51,761 bases of DNA from an uncultured Candidatus Saccharibacteria bacterium (GCA_964621555.1 CAZUOO010000002.1:1-51761), one strand, 5' to 3'. Positions 1 through 9,570 are shown, counted from the first letter of the stretch. Translations and numbers: made by a program. Notes: a model not told the origin generated them from the sequence alone.

Positions 1-775
1 CATCTAGATTAATCTGATCAAGGTTTAGATTAATAAGCTCGGAAATACGCATACCAGTTGAAAAAAGAATCTCCATCATAGCCCTATTACGAATACCAAC
101 ATCAGCGGACTTCTCCAACTCAATTGGTGATTCAATAAGGCGAACAAGATCTTCTAAATCAGCAACCTGACCCTTCTTCTTATCCGCTTTAATTAACTTA
201 ATAGCGTCAGGTGGAATTGGAACATCAATATCCCTATCTATTAAAAATTTCAAATATGACCTCAAAGCACTTAACATTCTATTCACACTCTTAGGATCCA
301 AACCGTCCTTAGACCTGCTCGAAGAATTCTTAGGTTTCCCATATACACCCAAACTCCCAAACACCTTCCTGTAGATGCTCTCTAGGAACTTTCCTTTGAA
401 CTCTGGATTTTCTGAAAGATCCAAAGGTCTACTTATACCATTCAAATCATTATCGCTCGTTCTAGACCCCTTAGAACTCGAAGCACCATTTTTCCCTTTG
501 TCTACGCCATTAATTAGAAATCTCTCCCTTAAACTATCCAAATCCTTCAAATGACTACCACTATTTAGGTATCCTTTGTATAGAGTGACCGTCTCCTTAT
601 TAACTTTCTCAAACCCATTACCATTAACATCTAAAAACACCGCAAAGATACTAAGATCACGGGCATAGTTTAGAACAGTCTGCATACTATAATTATTGTT
701 CTGTATCTCTAGTAGGAAGGAATCCTGCATTGGTAGCTTAGGTATAACACTATTGATAGGTTTTTCATTTAACAT
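1..775 (-). CDS. Tyrosine recombinase, XerC/XerD-like (3' end runs off the window)
   Basis: ATG at 775-773, open reading frame to position 1. It is absent from the ORF track because there is no stop in the window. Translation: MLNEKPINSV...NYSMQTVLNYARDLSIFAVFL (N-terminal core-binding domain) ... SVNRMLSALRSYLKFL ... NRAMMEILFSTGMRISELINLNLDQINLD (box I with catalytic Arg). Confidence 0.8.
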   Translation of the reverse strand, partial: MLNEKPINSVIPKLPMQDSFLLEIQNNNYSMQTVLNYARDLSIFAVFLDVNGNGFEKVNKETVTLYKGYLNSGSHLKDLDSLRERFLINGVDKGKNGASSSKGSRTSDNDLNGISRPLDLSENPEFKGKFLESIYRKVFGSLGVYGKPKNSSSRSKDGLDPKSVNRMLSALRSYLKFLIDRDIDVPIPPDAIKLIKADKKKGQVADLEDLVRLIESPIELEKSADVGIRNRAMMEILFSTGMRISELINLNLDQINLD

Positions 776-776
776 T

Positions 777-789
777 GGGGGTAGGGGGG
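777..789. repeat. G5-TA-G6 tract, left arm of a long-range inverted repeat (partner 1183-1193)
   Basis: GGGGGTAGGGGGG lies directly upstream of the xer ATG. It is complementary, with one bulge, to CCCCCTCCCCC at 1183-1193. The tract is conspicuous in an AT-rich spacer. Confidence 0.5.
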
Positions 790-1133
790 TAAAAATTTAA
801 GATTTGGGACATAAATAGAAATATAGCTAATATATAAAGAAAATAGAGGTTGTATGTAATAGACATATTCATATTTAAATATACAATAATTCAGAATTAA
901 TAAAAACAGCTTAAATAGAGCACTCTTCTACTTTTCGATATACCTTACCGCATATAAGGGCGATTATACTCGGTAATATATTATACAATATATACAGAAA
1001 AGTAAAGGATAGAGTATCTACTCTCTCAATCCATAGATATAAGATTATTGATTGGAATTTATATCCATTAGTTTTAATATAAATAATATTTATGAGAAAT
1101 TAAAAATTACGGTAGAGTGACCCTATTTGAAGA

Positions 1134-1170
1134 TATCCACATATTTACTATAAGCCACATTTACTATAGG
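1134..1170. repeat. Imperfect tandem direct repeat CCACAT(AT)TTACTATA(A/G)G x2, with a DnaA-box-like TATCCACA at its left edge
   Basis: Read directly: TATCCACATATTTACTATAAG CCACATTTACTATAGG, followed by a degenerate CCAATTTGCAC. Function unknown. Confidence 0.5.
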
Positions 1171-1182
1171 CCAATTTGCACT

Positions 1183-1193
1183 CCCCCTCCCCC
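1183..1193. repeat. C5-T-C5 tract, right arm of the inverted repeat with 777-789
   Basis: CCCCCTCCCCC; its reverse complement GGGGGAGGGGG matches the left G-tract. Confidence 0.5.
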
Positions 1194-1222
1194 TTGCTTA
1201 CGTAACATGAAATTTTTGGGTT

Positions 1223-2032
1223 TTACAATATTACACCTAGAACAAATACTGCTGTGATAAGGAAAATATACTGAACCATATTAAAATATGAGAGCAAGTT
1301 CCTCTGTTTTTTGGTAATAAGCTCCAACGCAATATATGCCCCTACCGTTGGTGCCAATGCAATAACCTCGTGTCTTTGTGAAACAAAGGCTAAGGAAACT
1401 ACTGACATAACCATAAAAAGCAGTGTTAATACGGTATACTCCCCTATCCTATCCTTATTAATCTCCATATGTTTCAGATGTAAAAATATCAAACCGAAAT
1501 ATACAACAATCAGCATAGCCATCATGAAAAGCATATTTATATTCCCGTCTAGTAGCCCTACAGTAATAAAGAATATTCCAATCAGAGTAGTCAGAAAGGA
1601 AACCGTCCTAGCGGCCTGAATTAAGGGTAATTCCTTAATGGTTGATACATTGAATACATTAGACATCAAAAATACTACGTAGGTACCTACAAACAGCAGT
1701 ATAAGCATTACTAGAAGAATCAAAACCTCATACACCCTACCCACCCTTCTAAAAAAGAACAGTTCGAGGAAGATTACCTCGGCAAGTATAAAGAGACTGC
1801 TCTGTGGAAGGATGTATAGCAGAGTATGAATAGTAACCTGAAGCCTAAAAGCCCAGATAAGACCAAGATACGTAACTACGAAATAGATAAAAGACCTCAA
1901 TATAACACTAATAGGATTAACCAAATCCGTGGTCTGAGTCACCTTAAAGATAAGAATAGATATTGAAATGGCAAGCGCCAATGTTAGGATCCTCCCCTTC
2001 TTTATATTGTCTACACTTCCCTGTATCTCCAT
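1223..2032 (-). CDS. Polytopic integral membrane protein, unknown function
   Basis: 269 aa, about 8 hydrophobic helices and no recognisable motif. Its start lies 2 nt after the ruvB stop, so it is probably co-transcribed with ruvAB. Confidence 0.6.
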   Translation of the reverse strand: MEIQGSVDNIKKGRILTLALAISISILIFKVTQTTDLVNPISVILRSFIYFVVTYLGLIWAFRLQVTIHTLLYILPQSSLFILAEVIFLELFFFRRVGRVYEVLILLVMLILLFVGTYVVFLMSNVFNVSTIKELPLIQAARTVSFLTTLIGIFFITVGLLDGNINMLFMMAMLIVVYFGLIFLHLKHMEINKDRIGEYTVLTLLFMVMSVVSLAFVSQRHEVIALAPTVGAYIALELITKKQRNLLSYFNMVQYIFLITAVFVLGVIL

Positions 2033-2034
2033 TG

Positions 2035-3087
2035 CTATATTATAGAGGTTAATCCTAAAATCTCAATTGCATGTCTAAGACCTTTCTCAGTTAATACACG
2101 ACCACGAGACGTCCTTTGTAATAAGCCACACTTCATTAAGAATGGTTCATAAACAGACTCAACGGTATTAATATCTTCTGAAATAGCTGCAGAGAGAGTG
2201 GAAAGACCAACTGGCCCTCCATTATAGTTATTGTATATGGAAGTAAGTATCCTTCTATCAATCTCTTCCAAACCCACCTGATCTATTCCTAGTAGTTCGA
2301 GTGCACTAACGGCCGTTGCGTGATCTATATGTGATTTTAATATCTCTGATTCTGCATAATCCCTAACTCTTTTAAGCAATCTAAGGGCAACTCTTGCAGT
2401 CCCTCGAGACCTTTTAGCAATCTCAGAAAGTGATTCCATATCATACCCAACTCCCCATAGATTAGAGGCTCGCTTCAATATAAGTACTAGATCCTCCTCA
2501 CCAAAGTAGTCCAACCGTTGTATCAAACCAAAACGGTCTCTCATTGGAGAACTAATCTTACCTATCTGTGTTGTCGCACCAATCAATGTGAAAGGCTCTA
2601 AAGTTAAACGAATAGTCTTAGCAGACGGCCCTTTCCCCATCATAATATCAATTGCTCTATCTTCCATAGCAGGATATAGAATCTCTTCTACAGTACGGGG
2701 AATCCTATGTATCTCATCTATAAAAAGAATATCGTTTGGTTTTAGATTTGTTAGTATTGCAGCTAGATCCCCTGCCCTTTCAATAGCAGGACCCGATGTA
2801 ATTCTTAGTGAAGCCCCAATCTCATTTGCCAGTGCGACAGCAAAGGTAGTTTTCCCTAATCCTGGTGGGCCGTAGAAAAGAATATGATCTAGTACCTCCC
2901 CTCTTATCTTGGTCGCATTTATCATCATTCTAATCTTACGCTTCTCCGACTCCCTCCCTACAATTTCATCAATTTTAGAAGGTCGGATTGATTGCTCAAC
3001 AGGATTTGATTCAGAATCTTCCTTAACAATGGAAACAGGCTTTGTAGCTTTCACTTTCTTAACCTCTTCCTTACTGGATTGAATCAC
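2035..3087 (-). CDS. ruvB: Holliday junction branch migration ATPase RuvB
   Basis: Walker A GPPGLGKTT, Walker B LFIDEIHR, RGTARVALRLLKRVRD sensor region. GTG start overlaps the ruvA stop by 1 nt. Confidence 0.95.
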   Translation of the reverse strand: MIQSSKEEVKKVKATKPVSIVKEDSESNPVEQSIRPSKIDEIVGRESEKRKIRMMINATKIRGEVLDHILFYGPPGLGKTTFAVALANEIGASLRITSGPAIERAGDLAAILTNLKPNDILFIDEIHRIPRTVEEILYPAMEDRAIDIMMGKGPSAKTIRLTLEPFTLIGATTQIGKISSPMRDRFGLIQRLDYFGEEDLVLILKRASNLWGVGYDMESLSEIAKRSRGTARVALRLLKRVRDYAESEILKSHIDHATAVSALELLGIDQVGLEEIDRRILTSIYNNYNGGPVGLSTLSAAISEDINTVESVYEPFLMKCGLLQRTSRGRVLTEKGLRHAIEILGLTSII

Positions 3088-3683
3088 TATGATTTAAGAA
3101 CTAATTTAATAAGCTCCTCGAGGGAATATTCAGTCTCTTTAGTTATTTCTCTAGCACTCTCTAAGTACTGCTTCAAAGACTCACCTGTAAAGCCCAAAGA
3201 CTTCAATGCACTCTCCAGATCAATTAGAACATTACTCTTAGAACCTGCACGTACATTTACCACCAACAACCCCAGTTTCTCCACCTTACCTTTTAAGTCT
3301 ATTACAATCTTCTGTGCACCCTTTTTACCTAAGCCAGACACTTTACCCAAAGCCGATATATCCTCAGAAAGAATAACGTCGTAGAGCTCCGAATAGTTGA
3401 AGATTGAAAGCACTGATATCGCTATTTTAGGCCCAATTCCAGACACAGATATTAGCATTTCAAAGATTTCTCGCTCCTGAGCACTTCTAAAACCATACAA
3501 GCTATTACTATCCTCTCTCACAATTAGTAAAGTATGAAAAACAACCTCACTACCTATTAAATACCCAGTTAGTTTTGAAGTTATTACCTGATATCCAATC
3601 CCATTGCTCAATAGAACGTCCACCAATCTATATCTATCCTCCTCTTTTATTGCAATTATTTTCCCTTGTAAGTATGTAATCAT
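3087..3683 (-). CDS. ruvA: Holliday junction DNA-binding protein RuvA
   Basis: MITYLQGKI N-terminus and HhH motifs (VSGIGPKIA, VSGLGKKGAQKI). 198 aa, located upstream of ruvB. Confidence 0.9.
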   Translation of the reverse strand: MITYLQGKIIAIKEEDRYRLVDVLLSNGIGYQVITSKLTGYLIGSEVVFHTLLIVREDSNSLYGFRSAQEREIFEMLISVSGIGPKIAISVLSIFNYSELYDVILSEDISALGKVSGLGKKGAQKIVIDLKGKVEKLGLLVVNVRAGSKSNVLIDLESALKSLGFTGESLKQYLESAREITKETEYSLEELIKLVLKS

Positions 3684-3700
3684 ATAGTCCAGTATAAAGG

Positions 3701-4189
3701 TTATTTACCCAATATACCATCCATTTTAAGTGAATTGTAACAACATACAGCGGCAGCAATAGCGTCAGCCGCATCATCAGGGCGAGGGATATCTTCAAGC
3801 CCTAACAACGTTTTCACATTTTCCTGTACCTGCCTTTTATCCGCCCTTCCACTTCCTGAAATTGCACTCTTTATCTGTGGAGGAGTGTACTGATGGATCG
3901 GTAATTTATTCTGTTGCATTACAAGCATACACACACCCCTAGCCTCTCCCACCGCCATCGCTGTCTTCACGTTATTCGTAAAGAGGAGGATTTCAATAGA
4001 AGCTCTCTCGGGTAGGAAAACCTTAACTATATTCTGTAGATCATGATATATTTCCTCCAACCTAAAACTATTCGCTATACCTGCATTGGTTGATATAACA
4101 CCATAATCGACGGCCTTAATGCCTTCATCAAAATCAATAATTGCCCATCCGGTGGTAGCTAAACCCGGATCTATACCTAGAATTCGCAT
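3701..4189 (-). CDS. ruvC: Crossover junction endodeoxyribonuclease RuvC
   Basis: MRILGIDPGLATTGWAI plus the C-terminal DAADAIAAA motif. 162 aa. Confidence 0.9.
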   Translation of the reverse strand: MRILGIDPGLATTGWAIIDFDEGIKAVDYGVISTNAGIANSFRLEEIYHDLQNIVKVFLPERASIEILLFTNNVKTAMAVGEARGVCMLVMQQNKLPIHQYTPPQIKSAISGSGRADKRQVQENVKTLLGLEDIPRPDDAADAIAAAVCCYNSLKMDGILGK

Positions 4190-4217
4190 ATTAGTGAATA
4201 AAATAGTTTATCGGTAC

Positions 4218-4991
4218 TTACGCCTCCTCTAGATCGGTCCAAATTTCTTGCACATCATCATACTCTTCAAGAGTATCTAGAGCTTTTAATATCTTCTCTA
4301 ATTCCTCACCCTCAACCTTTTTCTTCATTTTAGGAAGTTTAACCAGCTGTGCATTCACAACCACATATCCTAAGGATAGTACTGCATCTCTCACCTTTGC
4401 CATAGCCTTATAATCGGTGTATATATCCAAAGAATGATTTTCATTTACCTCAATATCGTCAATCCCTTCTATATCCATTAATATCATCATTACTTGATCA
4501 ATATCCTCTGACACAAAGTAGTCTTCTTCTCCAAACTTCTCTGATTTAACCATCTTTCCTGGCTTCACATTTACATAACCTTTAGTCTCGAAATTCCACG
4601 AAACAGATCCGCTCTCACCTAGGTTACCACCAAAATCTGAAAATATATTCCTCAACTCTGAAACTACCCTATTTGTATTATCTGTTAGTACATCAACTAT
4701 AATTGCCACATTACCTGGTCCAAACCCCTCATATGAAGCCTCAACCAACTGTACTCCATCTCCACCTCCTGCCCCTTTATCTATAGCCTTCTGAATATTA
4801 TCTGCAGGAAAACCCTCTTCCTTAGCCTGCTGTACATACATTCGTAACGTTGGATTCATGTAGATATCTCCCCCACCCTGCCTAGCAGCGTGAGTGATTA
4901 GCTGTGAAAGCTTTGAGAAAACCTTCCCTTTCTTAGCATCATTTATTGCTTTTTTGTGTCTAATTGTAGACCATTTACTATGTCCTGACAT
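4218..4991 (-). CDS. yebC: YebC/PmpR family DNA-binding regulator
   Basis: MSGHSKWSTIRHKKAINDAKKGKVFSKL is the family signature. It sits in the classic position upstream of ruvC. Confidence 0.9.
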   Translation of the reverse strand: MSGHSKWSTIRHKKAINDAKKGKVFSKLSQLITHAARQGGGDIYMNPTLRMYVQQAKEEGFPADNIQKAIDKGAGGGDGVQLVEASYEGFGPGNVAIIVDVLTDNTNRVVSELRNIFSDFGGNLGESGSVSWNFETKGYVNVKPGKMVKSEKFGEEDYFVSEDIDQVMMILMDIEGIDDIEVNENHSLDIYTDYKAMAKVRDAVLSLGYVVVNAQLVKLPKMKKKVEGEELEKILKALDTLEEYDDVQEIWTDLEEA

Positions 4992-5181
4992 GTTTATATT
5001 CTACCACTACTTGCGTAATTGAGAAAGATTTATATGGATATATTCCAGAAGTATAAGTACATTTAGACAATAGTCCGAGGGAGAATAAATAGAGGCAGAT
5101 TTAGGGCGCTACAGCCAGCCTTCAAATATAGATCAGCTATTAGAGGTATAATTAAACATCCTAAGTTAATTACACAATATA

Positions 5182-5436
5182 ATGAATGATATGCTTCCAA
5201 AAATATATAAACAGGTAGAGGATATTGCCAGATCAATATCCGAGTTAAGTATGAAATTAGATAAGCTTGAGAGTAAAATAGATATGGTTAATACGCAAGT
5301 AGATAAAAATGAGAGAAACCCAAAGGATACCAATATGAAAGTGGATGCCATTCAAGGAAAAATCTCCACAATAGAAGCCAAGATTGATACGTTTATTAGA
5401 GATACGGCCAGCGAATTCAGGAAAATATCCAAATAG
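5182..5436 (+). CDS. Small coiled-coil protein, hypothetical
   Basis: 84 aa, charged heptad-like sequence (LSMKLDKLESKIDMVNTQVDK...IEAKIDTFIRD). A TATAAT lies at about 5147. The overlapping minus-strand ORF 5166-5351 is low-complexity and hydrophobic. Confidence 0.45.
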   Translation: MNDMLPKIYKQVEDIARSISELSMKLDKLESKIDMVNTQVDKNERNPKDTNMKVDAIQGKISTIEAKIDTFIRDTASEFRKISK

Positions 5437-5437
5437 G

Positions 5438-7912
5438 CTAATTATCAGCCTCCTGCTTAATAACTATTGGTGATGTAACGATTGGAGAGCTCTCAACCCC
5501 TGTCTTATCCATAACTGCTCTATTACCCTTCTCGCTATACTTCTGCTGACTCCACCTCCTTATCTTCTCCTCTATCTCCGTCTTATTGGTACTATACGTA
5601 TCCCTAGAAGCTTGGATAATCTGCTCTCTGTTCCCAAACTTCTGATACCTAACATCTAAAGACTTTGCACTAAATGGCTTTGATGTCATACCGTTAATAC
5701 ATAGCTTCACATACATAGAGTGCGATTCAAGGGAGACCATATCTTCGGCTGAGAATATAGGTGCAAACTCATTTGAAAGGATTGTAGCGTCAGACTGACT
5801 CACCACAAAAGAAGCCAACGTCCCTACGTTACCGAAAATCGCCTGCCTAACAGTTAGAGGAATCTGATCTACATATTGATTAGTCATGGTTAGGTTCAAC
5901 TTAAACTTTCTAGCTTCAGATAGTATTTTGGCAAAGGAATCGGTGGCAAAATTCTGGAACTCATCAACATAAAGGTAGAAATCTCTTCTCTGATCAATAG
6001 GCACATCAACCCTCTCCATGGCTGTAGACTGCAACCTTGTAATCAACATTCCACCTAAAAGTGCGGAACTCTCTTCACCAATCTTCCCTTGTGCTAAGTT
6101 AACAAGGAGAATCTTTCCCTCATCCATAACCTGCCTAAGATTAAAGGAAGATTTAACCTGCCCTACGATATTTCTAATCACAGAAGAAGATATAAATCTC
6201 CCCACCTTATTCTGTATTGGGGCAATAGCTTCTGACACCAGCTTAGTATTTTGAGACATCTGAGTGAACTCCTCTTCCCAAAACTTCACAAGTATAGGGT
6301 CTTTCACCTGCTTTAATATAAACTTCCTATAATTCTTGTCCATCAACAACCTCATAACCGAGAGAATTGTGGTGCCTTGTGCCTCTAATGCAGTAGATAC
6401 GGCATTCGTTAACAAATACTGCAACCTTGGTCCCCATGAGAATCCGAACTGCTTTTTAAATACCTCCACAACACCATCCGCCACCAAATCCCTCTGTGCA
6501 GAATCATTTAGCTCCAATAGGTTAAAACCAACCGGATTATTAACGTCCCCTGGGTCAAAATAGATAACATCCTTAATTCTTTCTTGTGGAATAAAGTCTA
6601 GAAGTTCATCTATAGCCTCGCCGTGAGGGTCAATAAAACAGGCGCCGTGGCCTGCTAATACATCAGAAACAAACATATTCTTGAAAACCGTAGACTTACC
6701 AACCCCTGTCTTTCCGAGCAGGTAGAAATGCCTCCTACGATCATCCTTCAATACTCCAAACTCAATCTTCTTCCCTCTATAATCTGTTTCCGCAAATGCA
6801 GTTACACCGGCAGTCCCTGCAAGTGGCAGATCCATTGGTGGTTCAGCCTTCCGCGCCCTACTCCATATAATATTAGGTGTTTCTACAGAGATATTTGGTA
6901 GGTGATATAAGGAAGCCAGCTCTTCAATATTAAGTACATCCTCTGGCTCTGAAACAAGCTTTCTCTTTATATAATCGTTATACAACTCCTGTGCAGATAC
7001 ATTAACTGTAGAGTGCACAAAACTATTCAAATGAGCGGTTGTGAACTGCTTGAAACTTGCGACCAAATCTCTAAGTATCTGTTCAGAGCGTATCTGATCT
7101 GGCGATTTACTCACAATCCTAATACCAACCTCAAACCCCAACTTAAGCATCTTCAATTCAATCTGATTTAACTCCTCCTGCTGACCTGGAGCTAACTTAA
7201 CAACCTCTTTCCCCGCACTCTTGCCATCGGTAGATGTTTGAAGCGCATTTGAAACGCTTTTGAAAACCTTGATTAAAGCCTCTCCCAAATTACTCACGGA
7301 AGTCTTCCCCTCCTTTACCTCTGTAATATACTTTTTAGACTCTTCCTGCCAATAGTTGGCCACGGGTCGAAGGTTAAACTGTACCCACGCCTCTTCCCCT
7401 CCCTTTAAATCGGATATCGCACTAGTGATTGCAGCGAGAGGATCAACTTCGAAATTCCTAAAGGTTTTTATAGGGAATATATAACTTTTATCCAATTCAA
7501 TCATCCCTGTACTTACATAACTCTGTCCTTCCTTCGTATTACTTGTATAGTCGGAGACAAACTTGATCTCAGCATTAGGATACTGTGCATATATCTGCCC
7601 TTCTACAAACTCTGCCAAATGCCCTGGGACTACAGCATAGAAACGAATCCCTTGCTCTGAAGTTGAGACAACCTCAAAGGATATTACATCTAGTGACTTC
7701 TTAGCATCACGGAGAATACCGTGAAGAGATGAGAACATCTGCTCAGCGGCTAACGGTGTTTTATCGTTCTCCCTAGGTACAAGTATCTGCAATACCCTTG
7801 GGTTTCTGACCTCCTCAAATACGGTAGCTCCGTCAGGTTTCTTTGCAAAGGTGAAAATAAAGAGGACAAAAATAATAGAGAGTATCAGTAGTATGAGTAT
7901 TGTGACGGCCAT
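5438..7912 (-). CDS. Membrane-anchored P-loop ATPase, type IV coupling protein-like (TraD/VirD4/HerA-FtsK superfamily), with a large N-terminal domain of unknown function
   Basis: N-terminal TM helix (AVTILILLILSIIFVLFIF), about 390 aa with no recognisable motif, Walker A LLGKTGVGKST, Walker B DFYLYVDEFQNF. 824 aa. Confidence 0.7.
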   Translation of the reverse strand: MAVTILILLILSIIFVLFIFTFAKKPDGATVFEEVRNPRVLQILVPRENDKTPLAAEQMFSSLHGILRDAKKSLDVISFEVVSTSEQGIRFYAVVPGHLAEFVEGQIYAQYPNAEIKFVSDYTSNTKEGQSYVSTGMIELDKSYIFPIKTFRNFEVDPLAAITSAISDLKGGEEAWVQFNLRPVANYWQEESKKYITEVKEGKTSVSNLGEALIKVFKSVSNALQTSTDGKSAGKEVVKLAPGQQEELNQIELKMLKLGFEVGIRIVSKSPDQIRSEQILRDLVASFKQFTTAHLNSFVHSTVNVSAQELYNDYIKRKLVSEPEDVLNIEELASLYHLPNISVETPNIIWSRARKAEPPMDLPLAGTAGVTAFAETDYRGKKIEFGVLKDDRRRHFYLLGKTGVGKSTVFKNMFVSDVLAGHGACFIDPHGEAIDELLDFIPQERIKDVIYFDPGDVNNPVGFNLLELNDSAQRDLVADGVVEVFKKQFGFSWGPRLQYLLTNAVSTALEAQGTTILSVMRLLMDKNYRKFILKQVKDPILVKFWEEEFTQMSQNTKLVSEAIAPIQNKVGRFISSSVIRNIVGQVKSSFNLRQVMDEGKILLVNLAQGKIGEESSALLGGMLITRLQSTAMERVDVPIDQRRDFYLYVDEFQNFATDSFAKILSEARKFKLNLTMTNQYVDQIPLTVRQAIFGNVGTLASFVVSQSDATILSNEFAPIFSAEDMVSLESHSMYVKLCINGMTSKPFSAKSLDVRYQKFGNREQIIQASRDTYSTNKTEIEEKIRRWSQQKYSEKGNRAVMDKTGVESSPIVTSPIVIKQEADN

Positions 7913-7950
7913 AATAGTATATTATTATCAATCGTAAATAAAAGTTCAAG

Positions 7951-9165
7951 CTATCTCCATTTCAGATCCTTCTCTTTATCCTTGCCTAGTATAACAATTA
8001 TATCTCCAGTTGTAATGAAGTCGGGTCGGCCTGTAATAACATCACACGACCCACAGACCAAATTCTCAACATTATCAAATGAATTCTCGAACTTTTCAGT
8101 ATTTGAGATATAAATAGTCGTCTTTTCAAGCTCGGTAGGTGAATTATCATATCTAACCACCTTAATACCAAAATTTTGTATCCTTCTAGCATATCTAGAA
8201 GCCAAACCTGCCACCCCACTACCATTATATACTTCAACTCTCGCCTGCTCCTTTTCAACCGATCTAGATCTGATTATATTGAAATTAGACTCTAAGTATC
8301 GGTCATATTCTCCATAGTCCACCACGGTAATCTCCCTACCGTTTGGGTCTTGTATACTGCGGTTTGCCCACGCCTGACTCAAATCAACCATCGAAACATT
8401 TCCGGCTCTAAACTGACTATCAGTGCTCCCAAATAGACGAATTAACTCTAATGAGGAAAGATTTGTATCTACAGATGTGTAAAAGTCCTCCCATGTGGAA
8501 GACTTATATACAGCAGAGAACATAGAGAAACGATCAATGAATGAGTTGATATATAAGGAGCTACTCGAAATCGAGTCACCCTTTAAATAGTAGTTACGAA
8601 ATTCTTCGTCTCGACCCTCAGGAGTATCTCCAAACAGTATATCGAAATTCTCCAACGCTCTATCATCAAGCCATACATAATTCTCAACTGTAAACCCGGT
8701 CATATTCTCCACCTGCCAAATCACATACTCCACACTCCTCTGAGTATTAATAATTTTGCCAGCATATTCCAAATCCGAGAATTGTATATACGACCTAAAA
8801 AGCTCGTTAGGATCGCTTATATATACCCCCGGAGGAATATAGACAACCATAGTTTTCGCTAGGTTGGAATTCGATATTACCAACCACCCACCAAGTAGTC
8901 TGGAGTCAGCAGGAGATTTAAATATATACATTGTAGATTTAACGTCCTCTCGCACCTTTAAAAGGTTTAATTTGGAGTTACATACAGTACATTCCCCTTT
9001 TACAAGAATTATATTAGAAACAACCCTTTGAATTCCCCAAAACAGGGATAAGGAAACGAAGATAACTATAACAACTCTAGCTATGGATTTGAATTTACTA
9101 TCCCCCCTACCCTTGCTCTTCACGAATCCTCTATTTATATTTCTTTTCTGTCTATTAGGTCGCAT
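7951..9165 (-). CDS. LytR_C domain protein, probable LCP (LytR-CpsA-Psr) family envelope protein
   Basis: Basic N-terminus plus a TM helix. The C-terminal ARVEVYNGSGVAGLASRYARRIQNFGIKVV...TTIY...IIVILGKD matches the LytR_C pattern. The central region is only weakly LCP-like. Confidence 0.55.
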   Translation of the reverse strand: MRPNRQKRNINRGFVKSKGRGDSKFKSIARVVIVIFVSLSLFWGIQRVVSNIILVKGECTVCNSKLNLLKVREDVKSTMYIFKSPADSRLLGGWLVISNSNLAKTMVVYIPPGVYISDPNELFRSYIQFSDLEYAGKIINTQRSVEYVIWQVENMTGFTVENYVWLDDRALENFDILFGDTPEGRDEEFRNYYLKGDSISSSSLYINSFIDRFSMFSAVYKSSTWEDFYTSVDTNLSSLELIRLFGSTDSQFRAGNVSMVDLSQAWANRSIQDPNGREITVVDYGEYDRYLESNFNIIRSRSVEKEQARVEVYNGSGVAGLASRYARRIQNFGIKVVRYDNSPTELEKTTIYISNTEKFENSFDNVENLVCGSCDVITGRPDFITTGDIIVILGKDKEKDLKWR

Positions 9166-9570
9166 ACTACATATTACATCAATTTCACCTACAGAAGTAG
9201 CCCCAAATACAACCCATTTTTAGCAAATCCTGCAAACCCTATAGAGTAGAATCCCACCATTTTCTCCAAATTCCACAAGAAGTTTTACGGAACCCTAAAC
9301 CTACCTGAAGATACGAGCACGTTATGCAAAACGACCGTAAATACAACTTATGTTGAGCGGATTTACAACATCCTCTATTCAACCCCCTACTATCGTATAC
9401 ACCTATGAATTGTTATTATTCTATTCCAACCCCCACGTACAATATATTTGAACATCGATATAAAAGCTTATTGACACGGATATAACTCATACAGTGGCGC
9501 CTACTAGGGCCGAAATCTACGAAATCACTACTATTGAGAATTGATTGAAATAGATAGCCGATAGATATGA

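Noticed and set aside
961-1000. dif-like sequence (ACTCGGTAATATATTATACAATATAT) near the xer gene
   Set aside because: It resembles the Firmicute dif core only through an ATATATTAT run. The outer arms match poorly, and such AT-rich strings are expected by chance in this spacer.
1134-1170. Replication origin (oriC), based on DnaA-box-like TATCCACA/AGCCACA motifs in an AT-rich spacer
   Set aside because: There are only two degenerate boxes and no dnaA/dnaN nearby. Gene orientation does not switch across this spacer (xer and the ruv genes are all on the minus strand). I kept it only as one possibility within the spacer finding.
5166-5351. 61-aa minus-strand ORF overlapping the small coiled-coil gene
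   Set aside because: It is a hydrophobic, low-complexity translation. The plus-strand frame gives a coherent charged coiled coil with a TATAAT upstream. Neither is certain.
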